A stretch of 64,000 nt of DNA from Candidatus Limnocylindria bacterium (GCA_050692175.1 JBOGTG010000103.1:1363-65362), one strand, 5' to 3'. Numbered from the stretch's first letter, positions 28,152 to 38,113 are shown. Program-made: numbers and translations. Notes: a model not told the origin generated them from the sequence alone.

Positions 28152-29461
28152 CAGCGCGCCCCGCCCGAGCGAACCTGCGAAGCGAGGGCGGCGACAACCG
28201 CCGCGTCGAGCTCGCCGCGCGCGACCGCGCTCTGAAGGATGCGAACGGCTTCCGCGTCAGAGACGGCCGGTCGGTCGGCGCGGTCCGCGAGGAGTGCTTC
28301 GAATCGGTCGGCAACGCTCACGATGCGCACCTCCAGGGGAATCTGCTCCGCGCGGAGCCCGTCCGGGTAACCCGTGCCGTCGAGCCGCTCGTGATGATGA
28401 CGCACGATCGGAAGGAGCCCCGAAAGGCGCTTGAATCCGGCCAGGATCTCCTCGCCCAGGATCGGGTGGCGCTCGAGCATGGCACGCTCCTCGGGCGAGA
28501 GCTCACCCGACTTGGAGAGCATCGCAGCGGGAAGGCGTGCGTTTCCGACATCGCGAAGCAACGAGCCCAGACGGATCGTCATCCGGGTCGACTCGTCCAG
28601 CCCGAGGGCGCGGCCGATCTGGACCGCGCGCGCAGCGACTCGCTCTCCGTGCCCGGAGCCGGGCCGGTCGTGCGAGCCGATCGCAGACGCGAGCACGATC
28701 AGGGCCTCGGCCGCGGCCTGCAGGTCGTGGTCGAGGCCGCGCTCGCGAATCAGCAGATCGACGATCCGGGGAAGCTGCGCGTCTACCGGAATCAGCTCGC
28801 CCCCGTCGTTGCCACCGCGCCCCGCGCTCAAGCGCACGACCGCGACGTCTTCGGGGACGTCGACAGGGACCGCCGCATTTCCTTCGACGAGCACGACGTC
28901 CGGCGTATCGCTCTCGTCGGCGAGATCGAAGCGCGCAAGGAGGAGCTGCTCGACGTGCTCGCGCAGGGCGGAGTCCGCGATCGCGACGCGCGCCACAAGA
29001 CGCTCGCCGGGTGCGAGCTCGATCGGACGGCCGAGTCGGGGCACACGGGGATTGCGCGCCTGCCCGAGGACAGCGTCGATCCGCGCGAGGAGCTCCGCCG
29101 CCTGGAAGGGCTTCGTGATGTAGTCGGCGGCACCGCAGGAGAGTCCGCGGACTTTGTCCACGACCACGCCGCGGGCCGAGAGGAAGATCACCGGGATCGG
29201 GGATGTCGCGGTGTTGCTCTTGATCCGCAGGCAGACGTCGTAACCGTCGGTGTCGGGGAGCATCACGTCGAGAAGCACCAGATCCGGCAGAAGCTCCTCC
29301 ACAAGCTCGATGCCGCGTCGCCCGTCGTGCGCCACCGAGACGACCATGCCGTTCGCCTGCAAGCGTCGCTGGAGCACGTCGGCGGACGCCTGGTCGTCTT
29401 CGACGACTACCACGCGGGTCGCCGGTGCGTCAGAGTGGACGCCTTCCTCTATCGCCTTCAC
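28151..29461 (-). CDS. Response-regulator receiver fused to a degenerate HD-GYP domain
   Basis: REC (VVVVEDD..DLVLLDVMLPDTDG..ITKPF). The HD-GYP domain has LLRDVGNARLP in place of LHDxGK, while HHHERLDGTGYPDGL is retained. Confidence 0.85.
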   Translation of the reverse strand: MKAIEEGVHSDAPATRVVVVEDDQASADVLQRRLQANGMVVSVAHDGRRGIELVEELLPDLVLLDVMLPDTDGYDVCLRIKSNTATSPIPVIFLSARGVVVDKVRGLSCGAADYITKPFQAAELLARIDAVLGQARNPRVPRLGRPIELAPGERLVARVAIADSALREHVEQLLLARFDLADESDTPDVVLVEGNAAVPVDVPEDVAVVRLSAGRGGNDGGELIPVDAQLPRIVDLLIRERGLDHDLQAAAEALIVLASAIGSHDRPGSGHGERVAARAVQIGRALGLDESTRMTIRLGSLLRDVGNARLPAAMLSKSGELSPEERAMLERHPILGEEILAGFKRLSGLLPIVRHHHERLDGTGYPDGLRAEQIPLEVRIVSVADRFEALLADRADRPAVSDAEAVRILQSAVARGELDAAVVAALASQVRSGGAR

Positions 29462-30246
29462 TTCTTTTTCGTTCTCTTGGTCCCATCAGTCTCGCCGAGG
29501 AGCCAGCGCATCGCCACGATGAACTTCGAGGGCCGTTCTTCGCGGGTGTTCTCCTTGAGATACGCATGGAGGTCGATCGCCCAGTGCGGGAGATCGCCGT
29601 ACCACTTCATCTCGACGATCACGTCCGGTTCCATCGCGAGGAGCGAGCCGAGCGGGGACGGGGGACCATCTGGGTCTCCTCGCGTCTCCCATGGAAGCGC
29701 GAAGTACATGAGGTTGTGGTCGGCGGTGATCCGCAGCGACGAATCGAGTGAGTTGTATGCGAGACGGTTGTACTGGGTCACGGCGACCGGCCGGGCCCCG
29801 TCCCGCAGCAGACGGACGGCTCGCTCGGCGAGCCCGTGCTCGGGATCGGGAAGGGTCGTGCTGCCTCGGAGGAACGACCGCGCGATATCCATCGACACGC
29901 CGAAACGCTCCTTCAGCGAGGTGTCCTGCTCGTCGTCTTTGAACTCGATCCATGCGGTTCCAGGGTTCAGGACCTCGCGCGGCCGGGTGCGGTGGTACTC
30001 CCGGATGCGCAGCTGCATAGCCGAGCCCTTCTCGGCGGCGCGGAAGATCGACCACGCGAGCGTGTCGCAGTAGGTCGTCGTCGACCACTGGTACGGGCGG
30101 TCGTCTCGCGAGAGTGGAAGGTTATTTGCGGTCGTGCGCATGACCAGGCGCGCGATGCTCTCGCTGACCTGGAAACGGTGCTCGTGGCGGCGCTCGGCAT
30201 CCGCCTCGTGTGCCGGGGCGGCGGGGGTCGTCACTGTCGTGCTCAC
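29458..30246 (-). CDS. VTC-domain (polyphosphate-polymerase-like / CYTH-like) protein
   Basis: RHEHRFQV.., TTTYCDTLAW, QLRIREY, AWIEFKDDEQDTSLKERF and VTQYNRLAY..LRITADHNLMYF follow the bacterial VTC pattern. GTG 30246 lies just after the upstream TAG. Confidence 0.72.
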   Translation of the reverse strand: MSTTVTTPAAPAHEADAERRHEHRFQVSESIARLVMRTTANNLPLSRDDRPYQWSTTTYCDTLAWSIFRAAEKGSAMQLRIREYHRTRPREVLNPGTAWIEFKDDEQDTSLKERFGVSMDIARSFLRGSTTLPDPEHGLAERAVRLLRDGARPVAVTQYNRLAYNSLDSSLRITADHNLMYFALPWETRGDPDGPPSPLGSLLAMEPDVIVEMKWYGDLPHWAIDLHAYLKENTREERPSKFIVAMRWLLGETDGTKRTKKK

Positions 30247-30247
30247 C

Positions 30248-31744
30248 CTACTCGGTCGCATCGGCCGCCACCGCGAGGACTCCGCGCCTGGTGAGCGCGA
30301 CGCGCACTCCGTGCTCCACATCCGCGGGGATCGCGCCGTCGAGCGTCCGGAGGAGCTTCTCCGGAACAGCGCCGTGCTCCGTGGAGAGCATTTCCGCCGC
30401 GCTGAACCTCACTTCCGGGTCGATCGAGCTGAGATTCGCGACGATGCGCCGCCCGAACACCCTCATCGTGTGCCACGCGTTGTAGACGTACACGCCGGAA
30501 AACCCAGTCGCAAGGGCGAGGAGGAGCCGGTTGTCCTGCAGCTGGAGGCCGGCAAGCAGCGCAACTGCGGCCGCGAAGTTACCGAAGGCATTGACACCGC
30601 CGGAGAGGAATGCGCGGGCCCGCGGGCGGATCGCCGACTCGACCTGGCTGTAGATGAGCTCGGTCGCCGGGCGGTGTATCGCCGGGATCACGATGCGTTC
30701 GCCGAGCTGGATCGCCACGCCGGCGAGGAAGGCGATGCCCGCTCCGGTGAAGGTCAGTGCGGCTGCGGCGAAGCTCCCGAGATACCAGAGCGGCAGCAGG
30801 AAGAGCACGCGGCTGATCCCCATCCAGCGGAGAAGGCCGCTCGTGATGACGCTCTGGATGAAGATCGCAACGAGCGACGAGCTCGTGTAGATGCCGGCGT
30901 AGAGCTGGCTGAAGAGGTCCTCGCTCTGCGTGCCGGTCCCCGCGGTCTGCTGGTCGAGACCCACGAGGTAGAGGAAGTTCCCGAACTGCATGAGGAAGTA
31001 CCAGAAGAAGACGCCGACGCCAAACGTTCGCAGCATCTTGTCCGACGTAACGGTCCGGTAGCCCTCGACGGAATCCTTGAGCACCGCCCGGGCGCCTCTC
31101 GGGCGCTCCTCATCGGCACGGCTCCCGTGTCCCTCGGGAAGCCTTCGGTAGATCACCAACGCGACGAAGCAGACCAGGAAACCAACTGCCTGCGCGCCGA
31201 TGAAGTTTTCGGCGTGGATGACCGGCGCGATTCCCGTGCCAACCGCGCCGCCAAGTATTTTCCCGACCAGGACGGAGCCGGCGAAGAACGGAAAGAGCCG
31301 CTTCGACTGCTCGGTCCCGTAGAGGTTCCCGGCGTAGACCCAAAAGAGGATGTAGATCGTCTCCTTCACGCCGTGCGCGAAGACGTAGGAGATGGGCTGT
31401 ACTAGCCACCCATTCGAGAGCTGGTCCTGATACCAGACGCCGGCCTGGATCGCGACCGAAAGGAGCGTGACGCCGGCGACGTACCAGAGGAGGAGCGTCC
31501 TGCGGCGGACGCGATCGACGAAGAAGAAGATCATCGCCGAGACGGCGAGCATCGCGATCGGCGTGACGATATACATGACGGGCACGTAGTTGACGCCCCA
31601 GCGCTTCACGAAGAGCGCATCGGCCCCGAGCTTGCCGACCCAGTCGGACGCCACCATGAGCGTCAGCAGGGCGTAGAGGAAGAGGCCGAGGCCCCACTCA
31701 CCACGTCTAAGCGGGAATGCATCGCGGAGGACGCGCCCGAACAT
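30248..31744 (-). CDS. Polytopic transporter resembling ATP/ADP-translocase-like (TLC/MFS) carriers, with a C-terminal HEAT-like tail
   Basis: About 12 TM. The N-terminal pattern resembles TLC-family starts. The C-terminal soluble tail reads ..DPEVRFSAAEML... Confidence 0.55.
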   Translation of the reverse strand: MFGRVLRDAFPLRRGEWGLGLFLYALLTLMVASDWVGKLGADALFVKRWGVNYVPVMYIVTPIAMLAVSAMIFFFVDRVRRRTLLLWYVAGVTLLSVAIQAGVWYQDQLSNGWLVQPISYVFAHGVKETIYILFWVYAGNLYGTEQSKRLFPFFAGSVLVGKILGGAVGTGIAPVIHAENFIGAQAVGFLVCFVALVIYRRLPEGHGSRADEERPRGARAVLKDSVEGYRTVTSDKMLRTFGVGVFFWYFLMQFGNFLYLVGLDQQTAGTGTQSEDLFSQLYAGIYTSSSLVAIFIQSVITSGLLRWMGISRVLFLLPLWYLGSFAAAALTFTGAGIAFLAGVAIQLGERIVIPAIHRPATELIYSQVESAIRPRARAFLSGGVNAFGNFAAAVALLAGLQLQDNRLLLALATGFSGVYVYNAWHTMRVFGRRIVANLSSIDPEVRFSAAEMLSTEHGAVPEKLLRTLDGAIPADVEHGVRVALTRRGVLAVAADATE

Positions 31745-31749
31745 CGGCG

Positions 31750-33300
31750 TTATTGCCCCGCGGGGGCCTGGTCAGCCGCGGGCAGCGTGAACTGGACGAT
31801 GGCGCCGCTCTCGCCGGGGTTGACCACGTTGATGGTGCCGCCGTGGAGCTCAACGGCGAGCTTGCAGAAGGCCAGACCGAGCCCACTACCTCCCCGGCTC
31901 CGACCGGCCCCCTGATAGAAGCGGTCGAAGATGTGCGGGGCATCCTCAGCGGGGATGCCCGGTCCGGTGTCATGGACGCGGATGACGATCGAGCTCTCGA
32001 GCTTGCGGTCGCGCGCGCTCTCGATACGCACCTTTCCCCCGCTCGGCGTGTGTTTGACCGCATTGGCGAGGAGGTTCGTGAGCACCCGCACGATGAGGCC
32101 GTCGTCGACGAACACGTTGACGTCTTGGGGGAGCGCGCTCTCGACTTCAATGCCCTTCGCGAGCGCTTCGGGCGCCACCTGCGCGATGCTCCGTTCGGCG
32201 AGTCCCGCGAGCGCGATCGACTGCGGCATCGCCTCGAGCTTGCCTTCCTCCATCTTGTAGACGTCGAGGAGGGCGTTGACCATCCGCAGCAGCTCGCTGA
32301 TGTTCGACTCCGAGAGTCGCAGGAGCTCGTCGAACTCCTGACGGCCCGGCTGGAGCTGGCCCATCCGGACCAGCTGCATGAACGCGACGACGCTGTTGGC
32401 GAGGTTCCGAATGTCGTGGCCGAGCATGCCGATGAGCTCTTTGCGCGACTGCTCCATCCGCTTGAGATCGCCGGCCGTCTTCCGCAGCTCGTCCTGCAGA
32501 CGCTTGGTGAAGATGGCACTGCGAACGCGAGCGGCGAGCTCGATCGGTTCGAACGGCTTGGTGAGGTAGTCGATGCCGCCGACCTCGAAGCCCTTGCTCA
32601 AGTCTTCATACCGATCCTTCGCCGTGACGAAGATGACCGGAATGTCCGCCGTCTCCGGCTGGGACTTGAGACGGCGGCAGGTCTGCCAGCCGTCGATACC
32701 CGGCATCATCACGTCGAGCAGGATCAGATCGGGTTGCTCGCTCCGCGCAAGCGCGATCGCGCGCTCGCCGGAGCTCGCCACCTGCGTCTGGCAACCGATG
32801 GCCTCGAGGCGTCGCGCCAGAAGCTCCACGTTCGCGATCTCGTCGTCCACGATGAGCACGCGTCCAAGCGTGATCGGCACCGGCCCCCGCACAGGCGGGG
32901 TCGCGCCGTCGCGCGCGAGCGGCACGTGCGCGGCTCCGCCCGGGAAGTACCGGAGGAGGATCGCGCGCAGCTCCGCCGGCGCGAAGGGCTTGGAGACGAA
33001 GTCATCGCAGCCGGCCTCGATCGCGCGGGCCCGGTCCGACGGAAGCGCCAGCGCCGAGACGGCGATGATCGGGATGCTCGCGGCCCACGGCTCGGTGCGG
33101 AGAGAGCGCGTAAGGCTCCAGCCGTCCATCCGCGGGAGCAAGAGATCGACGAGGATCGCGTCGGGCCGCTCGACCCGCGCGAGGTCGAGCCCCGCCACGC
33201 CATCAGCCGCCACCAGGGCCTCGTGACCCGAGGCGCGGATGATTCGCGACGCGACGTCGAGGTTGTTCGCGTCGTCCTCGACGACCAGCACTCTCGCCAT
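31750..33300 (-). CDS. REC-REC-HisKA-HATPase hybrid histidine kinase
   Basis: Two receiver domains (VLVVEDD.., VLIVDDE..DLILLDVMMPGIDG) are followed by the GHDIRN H-box and the GGSGLGLAF G2 box. Confidence 0.9.
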   Translation of the reverse strand: MARVLVVEDDANNLDVASRIIRASGHEALVAADGVAGLDLARVERPDAILVDLLLPRMDGWSLTRSLRTEPWAASIPIIAVSALALPSDRARAIEAGCDDFVSKPFAPAELRAILLRYFPGGAAHVPLARDGATPPVRGPVPITLGRVLIVDDEIANVELLARRLEAIGCQTQVASSGERAIALARSEQPDLILLDVMMPGIDGWQTCRRLKSQPETADIPVIFVTAKDRYEDLSKGFEVGGIDYLTKPFEPIELAARVRSAIFTKRLQDELRKTAGDLKRMEQSRKELIGMLGHDIRNLANSVVAFMQLVRMGQLQPGRQEFDELLRLSESNISELLRMVNALLDVYKMEEGKLEAMPQSIALAGLAERSIAQVAPEALAKGIEVESALPQDVNVFVDDGLIVRVLTNLLANAVKHTPSGGKVRIESARDRKLESSIVIRVHDTGPGIPAEDAPHIFDRFYQGAGRSRGGSGLGLAFCKLAVELHGGTINVVNPGESGAIVQFTLPAADQAPAGQ

Positions 33301-35594
33301 CAGCGTGCCGACCCGGTTCGCGCAAGGAGAGCGGTCTCGCTGCCGGCGCGCACCCGGATCGGCAGGGTGAAGTGGAACGTGCTTCCGCGCCCGACCTCGC
33401 TGTCGACCCAGATGCGCCCACCGTGCAGCGTCACGAGGCGCTTGGAGATCGCGAGGCCGAGCCCGGTGCCGCCGTACCGGCGCGTCGTAGAGCTGTCGGC
33501 CTGGCGGAACTCGTCGAACACGTAGGCCTGCGCTTCGGGGCTGATGCCGACACCCGTGTCGGCAACGGAGACCGTGACCCAGCCTTCGGCTGCGCTTGCC
33601 GCGACCGAGACCGTGCCCCGCTCGGTGAACTTCACCGCGTTGGCCAGCATGTTCGCGAGGACCTGACGGACTCGCGCCCGGTCCGCCCAGACGTTTGGCA
33701 GCCCTTGCGGGATGAGGGCGCGCACCTGCAGGCCCTTCTCGTCGGCGTTCGGGCGGACCAGCTCGAGCGCCTCGTCCGTGACGTCGGTGATGTTGACCTC
33801 CTCGACGTTGAGCTCCATCTTGCCCGCCTCGATCTTCGCGAGATCGAGCAGGCCGTTGATGAGACCGAGCAGGTTGTCGGCGGCCTGCGCGACGCGGAAG
33901 AGGTCGGTCTGCTGCTGCGCGGTCATCTCGCCGTCCAGGCCATCGAGCATCAGCTTCGTGTAGCCGATGATCGCGTTCATCGGCGTGCGGAGCTCATGGC
34001 TCACCGACGCCAGGAACTCGCTCTTCAGCCGGTTCGCTCGTTCGAGCTGCAGGTTGTTGACGCGCAGCTCGCCGACGAGGTCGGCGTTCTCGTTCGCGAC
34101 CGAGACCAGACGAGCGATCGTGCGCAGAGCCCGCGCCTGCGTATCGGTGAGCTCGCGCTGATCGTGAAAGTACGCGGACAGGAGCCCGATCGTACGGCCG
34201 CGCGCCGAGAGCGGTACGTGCGCGACGAATCGCAGCTCGCCCGCCGACACAGCCGAGAGCCGGATACGGTCGGCGTCGGCCTCGGAGCGAACGAGCACGC
34301 GCATCGCGAGCGTCACCGCAATCTCAGCGTCGATGCCCACCGTGGCCGGCGCGGAGAGGCGCCCACCGGAACCGGGCGGCGCTCCGGGCGGATCCTCTCG
34401 GATGACGATGGCGCCACCGTCGGCGTTCAGGAGCGAGACCATGCGGTCGAGGGAGCGCGCGAAGATCCGCTCGGCGTCGGTGACACCGACGACCGCATCC
34501 GCGACCTCGTTGACGGCGCGGACCTCGTCGAGGTACTCGCGCTGCGCGCGCTCGCGTTCATAGAGTGACGCGGCCATCGTGTCGAATGCGCGCTCCAGGG
34601 TGCCGATCTCGTGTGGCGACACCTGCCGCACACGCGCCGCGAGGTCGCCCGCCTCGATCCGCTGCGCGGCGGCAGCGAGGCTCTCGAGCGGCGTGGTGAT
34701 GCTCTTCGCGGTGCGGTAGCTGAGAAACGTGACGGCTCCGATGAGGCCGAACCCGAGGACGATGAGGATGCCGATGAGGGTCCGCTGCGCCTGCTCGACC
34801 GGCTCGGTCGGCACGAGGACGGCCAGCAGGCCGGGGTTGGCGCGCTGGGCTGCGAGTACGCGGAAGATGCCGTAATAGTTTCGGCTGTGGGCTGTGATGT
34901 TCTGGATCAGGACGTCACTCGGCTGGCCGTCGACCTGGAAGGTCGTCGGGAACATGGTGTTCGACCCGAAGTCGACGGTGGACGCCCGAACCTGGCCGTT
35001 CCAGATGAGCGCGAGGTCCGCCGTCGACCGGGCCTTGATGTCTTTGAGGAACTCCGAGTTGAGGCTGTTGCCCACCTCGAGGATGCCGATGTCGTTCGAC
35101 TCGGCGTCGCGGATTAGCGCCATCGCGCGGATCACGAGGCCTTCCGGTTCGTCGTAAAGGAACGCTTGCCCTTGCGCCCCGGCCTTCGCGTACTTGACGA
35201 GCTCCGGCTCGAGGGTGTCGCTCTTGTTCGCCTGGGCGCCGGCGATGATGAGGCCGTTCATGTCGGCGATGTTCATCACGTCGACGTCGAGGCGCGACTT
35301 CACAGGCAGGAGGAAGGCTTGCGTTCCCTCGACATCCCGCCGTTGGGTCAGCTCGCGAGTCGTCGGCAGTCCGGCCGATAGACCCGCGGCCTTGAGAGCG
35401 GCGTCGGACTGGTCCTCGATCTCCTTCAGCGCCACGTCCGCCAGGATCTGCGACTCGTCTTCGAACTGCTTGAGGATGAGCTGGTTCGACTCGTAGATCG
35501 CGACCGCGGTCATGACCACGAGCGCAAGGACGCTCACCAGCACGTTGCGGCTGACGAGCGCCCTGAGCAAACTCGGCGCGAAGAGCTTCTCCAT
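33300..35594 (-). CDS. Sensor histidine kinase (extracytoplasmic Cache-like domain, HAMP, GAF, HisKA, HATPase)
   Basis: Two TM segments flank a domain of about 250 aa. HAMP (..IEAGDLAARV..), SHELRTPMNAI H-box, GTGLGLAISK. Confidence 0.9.
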   Translation of the reverse strand: MEKLFAPSLLRALVSRNVLVSVLALVVMTAVAIYESNQLILKQFEDESQILADVALKEIEDQSDAALKAAGLSAGLPTTRELTQRRDVEGTQAFLLPVKSRLDVDVMNIADMNGLIIAGAQANKSDTLEPELVKYAKAGAQGQAFLYDEPEGLVIRAMALIRDAESNDIGILEVGNSLNSEFLKDIKARSTADLALIWNGQVRASTVDFGSNTMFPTTFQVDGQPSDVLIQNITAHSRNYYGIFRVLAAQRANPGLLAVLVPTEPVEQAQRTLIGILIVLGFGLIGAVTFLSYRTAKSITTPLESLAAAAQRIEAGDLAARVRQVSPHEIGTLERAFDTMAASLYERERAQREYLDEVRAVNEVADAVVGVTDAERIFARSLDRMVSLLNADGGAIVIREDPPGAPPGSGGRLSAPATVGIDAEIAVTLAMRVLVRSEADADRIRLSAVSAGELRFVAHVPLSARGRTIGLLSAYFHDQRELTDTQARALRTIARLVSVANENADLVGELRVNNLQLERANRLKSEFLASVSHELRTPMNAIIGYTKLMLDGLDGEMTAQQQTDLFRVAQAADNLLGLINGLLDLAKIEAGKMELNVEEVNITDVTDEALELVRPNADEKGLQVRALIPQGLPNVWADRARVRQVLANMLANAVKFTERGTVSVAASAAEGWVTVSVADTGVGISPEAQAYVFDEFRQADSSTTRRYGGTGLGLAISKRLVTLHGGRIWVDSEVGRGSTFHFTLPIRVRAGSETALLARTGSAR

Positions 35595-35642
35595 AGCCCG
35601 AGCTAGCCTTCCTCCTCGGCGATCACGCGGGCTCGGTGTGGC

Positions 35643-36506
35643 TTAGAGGCCCGCGAGGATCTTCTGGCCTTCGGGTCCCTTCACGAAGTCCAGGAAGGCC
35701 CTGATCGCAGGCTTGACCGTCGCCGGGTTGTACACGAAGTAGAGGGGTCGACGGACCTGGTACTTGCCGCTGGTCAGGTTTTCGCGGTTCGCCTGCACTC
35801 CGTCGATGGTCACAAAAGCGATCTGCGCGTTGCCAAACGTGCTCGCGTTCATCGTGACCATGCCAATCGACTCCTTGAAAGAGTCGATCGCCTTCACGGT
35901 CTCGTCGATTTTCGTGACCTCGATCGCTGCGGGGGCGTACGTCGGCTTCTTCCCGTCGTAGAAGTACGCCTCGAACGCGCTGCGCGTCGATGACCCGGAT
36001 TCGCGGATGAGCACGCGGATCTTCCCCGCGGTGCCGCCGACATCCTTCCAGTCCGTGATCTGACCGGTGAAGATTCTTGCGACCTGGTCTTTCGTCAAAG
36101 CCTTGACCGGGTTGGACGCGCTCACGGCGACCGCGGTGCCGCTCGCGCCGATGGAGACCGACTCGACCTTGCCCTTCTCCGCGTCGCGGAGATCACGGCT
36201 GATATACCCGAGGTCAGTCTCGCCGCTGACGGCGAGATTGACGCCCGCGTCGGAGCCGACGTCCCCCAGGCCTTGCCAGGTGATCGTCGGGTGGATCTTC
36301 TGGAAAGCGTCGGCGACTGCCCTAACGTTGTCGAGCGCCCCGCCGCCGCCGTTCACGATGTACTGTCCCGCGAGCGGGTCGGCCGTCGCAGCCGTGGGCA
36401 GCCCGGCTCCGCCGCAGCTCACTGCGAAGAGCGCGGCGAAGATGATCAAAGGCAGTGTCCGCAAACGACGCATTCGGGCCCTCCTCATTGGGTCGAATCG
36501 TGACAT
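35643..36506 (-). CDS. PstS-family (PBP-like) phosphate/anion-binding lipoprotein
   Basis: Lipobox FAVSCGG, ..IFTGQITDWKDVGG..IRVLIRESGSSTRSAF.. It is the first gene of the signalling operon. Confidence 0.78.
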   Translation of the reverse strand: MSRFDPMRRARMRRLRTLPLIIFAALFAVSCGGAGLPTAATADPLAGQYIVNGGGGALDNVRAVADAFQKIHPTITWQGLGDVGSDAGVNLAVSGETDLGYISRDLRDAEKGKVESVSIGASGTAVAVSASNPVKALTKDQVARIFTGQITDWKDVGGTAGKIRVLIRESGSSTRSAFEAYFYDGKKPTYAPAAIEVTKIDETVKAIDSFKESIGMVTMNASTFGNAQIAFVTIDGVQANRENLTSGKYQVRRPLYFVYNPATVKPAIRAFLDFVKGPEGQKILAGL

Positions 36507-36652
36507 TAGTCTCTGACCTTTGTATAGGCAGGTCTATCCCTCTGACGGCCGATTCGCGTTACACATTGGGATATTCGTGAGCTAATCCATTTGCTCTAGT
36601 CGACACCGAAAGTGGACCAAAAGCGTCCGAAAGCGCGGCATACTCTCGCGGG

Positions 36653-37729
36653 ATGAGCGAAGGGAGCCCGGCACTGCGAGCGCAAACCGCACCACGCCGC
36701 ATCGCGGACCTCGACATACGAGGGAGTCACCGGGTCGTGCCGCTCACCCTTATCGCGGCCGCCGGGGTCGCGGCCATCTGGCTCGTCGACATCTCGACCG
36801 GACCCGACTTCGGCTTTGCGATCTTCTATCTGATCCCGGTCGGGCTCGCGAGCTGGTGGCTCGGGCGCACGTCCGGGGTGGCGATGGCCCTCCTTTCGGC
36901 GGTCGCGTGGATCTGGGCCGATCTCGTCGCGCATCCGGAGGTTTCTTCCTCGGCGAGCGTCTGGAACGGGCTCACTCGCGCGGCGATCTTCCTGATGCTC
37001 GCTCTGTTGATCGATCAGGTACGCCGCGAGCGCATCGCGCTCCGGAGCGTCGACGCGCACCGGGAGGAGTCGCTCGCCCTGATCGCGCACACGCTCCGGC
37101 GCTCGGCGGGTGAGATCGAGTCGGCGATCCCCGATCTCACGAAAGCACCTGCTCTCTCGGCAGCGGAGCGGAGCGCGATCGACGAGCTGCGCCGGCAGAG
37201 CCGCAACTTCAAGCGCTTCGCGGATGACGTCCTCGAAGTCGGACAGCTCGAGGCGGGGCGCTTCCGGCTTAATCGCGGACGTTTCGATCTCTCGGAATTC
37301 GTCGCAACACTGGTCAAGGAGACCGACCGCGATCGTTTGCAGCTCGTCGCGGAATCCGATCCCGTGTGGGTCGACGCCGATCCGGCACGTCTGCGCACCG
37401 CGATCGAGCACATCCTCAACAACGCGCTGCGCTTCTCTCCTCCGGGGTCGACCGTCCACGTGACGGTGGGGCAGCGCGATAACCGGGCGCGCGTCCTCGT
37501 GAAGGATCAAGGCGTCGGCCTCGCCCGATCGCACGTGCGCGTGATCTTCCGCAAGTACGGTCGGATCGAGACCGCCGCGACGAAGGACAAGATCGGCGTC
37601 GGCCTCGGTCTCTACGTCGCGCGCTTGATCGTCGAAGCGCAGGGCGGCACGGTGGCCGCGAGCAGCGTCGGGCTCGGGCTCGGGTCCACCTTCACGCTGG
37701 ACCTGCCGCTTGCCTCGCACCAAGCCTGA
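36653..37729 (+). CDS. Membrane sensor histidine kinase
   Basis: Four N-terminal TM segments, H-box LIAHTLRRS, C-terminal HATPase (GVGLGLYVARLIVEAQGG). Confidence 0.85.
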   Translation: MSEGSPALRAQTAPRRIADLDIRGSHRVVPLTLIAAAGVAAIWLVDISTGPDFGFAIFYLIPVGLASWWLGRTSGVAMALLSAVAWIWADLVAHPEVSSSASVWNGLTRAAIFLMLALLIDQVRRERIALRSVDAHREESLALIAHTLRRSAGEIESAIPDLTKAPALSAAERSAIDELRRQSRNFKRFADDVLEVGQLEAGRFRLNRGRFDLSEFVATLVKETDRDRLQLVAESDPVWVDADPARLRTAIEHILNNALRFSPPGSTVHVTVGQRDNRARVLVKDQGVGLARSHVRVIFRKYGRIETAATKDKIGVGLGLYVARLIVEAQGGTVAASSVGLGLGSTFTLDLPLASHQA

Positions 37730-37744
37730 TCGCGGGCGGTAGGG

Positions 37745-38113
37745 ATGGCCAAGATCCTCGTGGTGGAGGACGACCCGAACAATCTCGAGCTGGCGCTCCG
37801 AATCGTGAGGCACGCCGGCCACGAAGCGACCGTCGCCACGGATGGTTTCGCCGCGCTGGAGCTCGCCCGCGAGCACCGGCCGCAGCTCATCCTCCTGGAC
37901 CTCCAGCTTCCGAAGCTCGACGGCTGGACCGTCGTCAAGCTCCTGCGCAAGGAGACCTGGGCGAAGCACGTGCCCATCGTGGCGGTCTCCGCCTCGGCCA
38001 CGCCTGGAGACGAAAACAAGGCGCTCGAGGCCGGCTGCACGGCCTTCCTCTCGAAGCCCTACTACCCCGCGGCCCTCCGGGAGATGCTCGCGCAATACCT
38101 GCCGGCGGCCTGA
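37745..38113 (+). CDS. Single-domain response regulator (paralogous to the first REC of 31750..33300)
   Basis: MAKILVVEDDPNNLELA..LILLDLQLPKLDG..LSKPY. Confidence 0.9.
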   Translation: MAKILVVEDDPNNLELALRIVRHAGHEATVATDGFAALELAREHRPQLILLDLQLPKLDGWTVVKLLRKETWAKHVPIVAVSASATPGDENKALEAGCTAFLSKPYYPAALREMLAQYLPAA

